DNA of 64,000 bases from the human T2T-CHM13v2.0 reference genome, Homo sapiens. The stretch lies in the NCBI RefSeq assembly GCF_009914755.1, contig NC_060925.1. One strand, 5' to 3'. Made by a program: the position numbers and the translations under genes. The notes under the pieces were generated by a model. The model searched no databases. It had not been told where the DNA came from and was given only the letters and a program-made list of their open reading frames with translations. Shown piece by piece: positions 62,042-64,000 of the stretch (its first letter is position 1; each line of letters opens with the position of its first letter).

Positions 62042-63060
62042 GCCGTTCTCACAGTGAGAGTAAGTCCCATTACATCTCATAACAAACGAGCACAGTGAGC
62101 CTTCCTATTAGTATTGGGCAAATGATCTTCCAGATGTGCCTAAATCCAAACCTCACAAAAGGAGCCAGGCCATAGAAAGGCAGTTTGCTCTGAGGCAAAA
62201 TGACATTTTTCATGCTTAAATCACCACTTCCCTCCTCCACCATCCCCTCTTTGAAATGCTGAATTGTTAGAGCAGTGGGCATTATAGAAAAACAGGCAGG
62301 TGGAGATTTCAGTTGGGCAGCTAGGAGCAGCCCATCTGCATTCCCCTGCCTTCCCAGAGCTCTGCCGCAGCTTCCCCACTGACCCCCTAAACCCCCACCG
62401 CTGGCTCCCTCCTGCTGCCCAACTCCTCTGACTCGGGCTCCCAGGAAATCCCACCTCTGCCCTGATTTGAATTGAAACATCACCTGTGGATCCAGCCCCG
62501 GGCCCTCTCTAAACCTGGTCAACTAGTCCAGTCCAGATCTTCCTGGCAAAGCCCAGTGTCCCTCTCACCCCCGGACACCCATGACAGGTCCAGGATTGGT
62601 GTGTGGTGAATGTGGACACGCCAGACATGTCGTAAGGCCATTTTGGATTATTTCCTCAGCTGCTTCTAAAAACAGCTGCTTCCTAACTCCCCATCTCTAA
62701 ATATCATAATTCACCCAGACCTACAAAATGTAAATGGAATTTAATAGAAATATTAAAATGTAAAACTCTACACAAAGTGTGTGAGGGAGGAGGCAGGCTC
62801 TCCAGGAGATCTTGTACCTTTTCCTCAGTCCTACAATTACATCTTGGGGTTTTAAAAAAATCTGGGAAGATATTTAATGGATGAACAGAAATGGAGATGG
62901 GAGGAGGGGAGAGTAGAAGACAGGGAGGGAGAGAAACAAAAGTGAAAGGGAGGGTAGAAGGGTGGGAGGGAGAAAGAAGGGACAGAAAGGCATGTACCCT
63001 AAGCGGTTGATACAATTTCCCAACTTGGCTCACAACTCCTCACTTTGAGCACAGTAATAT

Positions 63061-63073
63061 TGCCACCTAGAGG
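63061..63073 (-). promoter_or_regulatory. Candidate CTCF motif CCTCTAGGTGGCA
   Basis: 12/13 match to CCASYAGRKGGCR in apparently unique sequence; motif only. Confidence 0.55.
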
Positions 63074-63239
63074 CTTGAAAGTATGCTCCCGAACTTGGAC
63101 ACTCTTATGCAAGATTTATTTATTTGTGTAAGTAAACTCGTTATGGAGCTTTGAAAAGATGGAGACACATGATGGTGGGAGTGGGGGATAGCGGGGGTAC
63201 TATCCAGAAAGTCAGCATCTAGCCATTTCACAGTGGCTA

Positions 63240-64000
63240 ATATTAGTCACCTACTGTGTGCCAGGGACTGAGCAAAGTGCTAAGAGTACAAAAGAGACAT
63301 AGTTTCTCTCCTCAAGGATCTCAGTCTGCGGAGGAGACAGACACATATATAAGTAATGCAGACAATGAAAGTTACCATAAATGTACAAAAACATTGTACA
63401 CACAGTATAGGTGAATGGGAGATTAATTCTGACAAGAGGAGCTAGGGGAGGAGCTTGATCTAGAAAGAATTTACTGAAAAGATGGAACTAAGTGGGGTCA
63501 CAGGAAATCTAGAGACTCAGGAGAGAATACCAGGTTGAGGTAACCATCAAATGAGGCGCCAGTCTAGAAAGGACACCAAGCATGCTCACTACGACTGGAT
63601 TACAGGAAATATGACTCTTACCCACAGGTGGAGTGAAGAGAGGACAAAAACCAGGAGGATGAGCTGAACCGATTTGTAGAGGGCTTTGAATGCTAGGCTG
63701 AAGAACGTGTACTTTTTAAATTGCACAAGGACAGGGCTTTGTAACTGCTTTATTCACTCCAGTGTGCTCGGCACCTAGAATAGGGTTTGGCACTCAGTGG
63801 TTGGACAAGCAACATCTGTGGAATGAATGACTATAACAGGAAGCCCATGAAAGTTTTGGAGAAAGAATAATTGGATAAGATTTATGTTTCTAAAAAAACA
63901 TAATTTGAGACAATCTGTAGGAACGGAAGAAGGATAGAGGCTCCATTAGATATCTGCTTCCAAAGTCCAAGAGGTGTGGGTCTGACCCAAGGCACGGTGG
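63240..64000 (-). mobile_element. L2 fragments
   Basis: cacctactgtgtgccaggg..ctcaaggatctcagtct..ggagacagac..gagggctttgaatgctaggctgaaga. Confidence 0.6.

Noticed and set aside
62070-62522. 150-aa minus-strand ORF
   Set aside because: Non-ATG start, low-complexity Gly-rich composition from a C-rich tract, no recognisable homology.

Overview
Primate (hominoid, probably human) non-coding genomic DNA. I found no intact cellular protein-coding gene, RNA gene or CRISPR array. The window is dominated by transposable elements. Bases 1-16.1 kb form a nested LINE-1 pile: an ancient L1M scaffold interrupted by a TSD-flanked composite L1, AluJ, AluS, L1PA8 3' ends, L1MA and THE1. Further on are a full-length but dead L1PA3-type element with perfect TSDs (42171-48316), a complete LTR-int-LTR MLT1 MaLR (55520-57892), an ERVL 3' end plus MLT2 LTR, five Alus in all, a CR1/L3 relic, hAT MITEs and many MIR/L2 fragments. 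All long ORFs in the track are L1 ORF1/ORF2 pieces or antisense Alu/L1 artefacts. Most noteworthy: (1) a 7.9-kb composite of two different-age, overlapping L1s in opposite orientation inside one perfect 15-bp TSD; (2) a small deletion in the ZNF93-targeted segment, plus a YY1-site substitution, in the L1PA3 promoter; (3) a shared non-consensus variant between two inverted L1s 40 kb apart; (4) a possible decayed coding relic at about 24.9-26.65 kb. I see no convincing evidence of a new biological system. Subfamily names come from recalled consensus diagnostics, and boundaries of old repeats are approximate.
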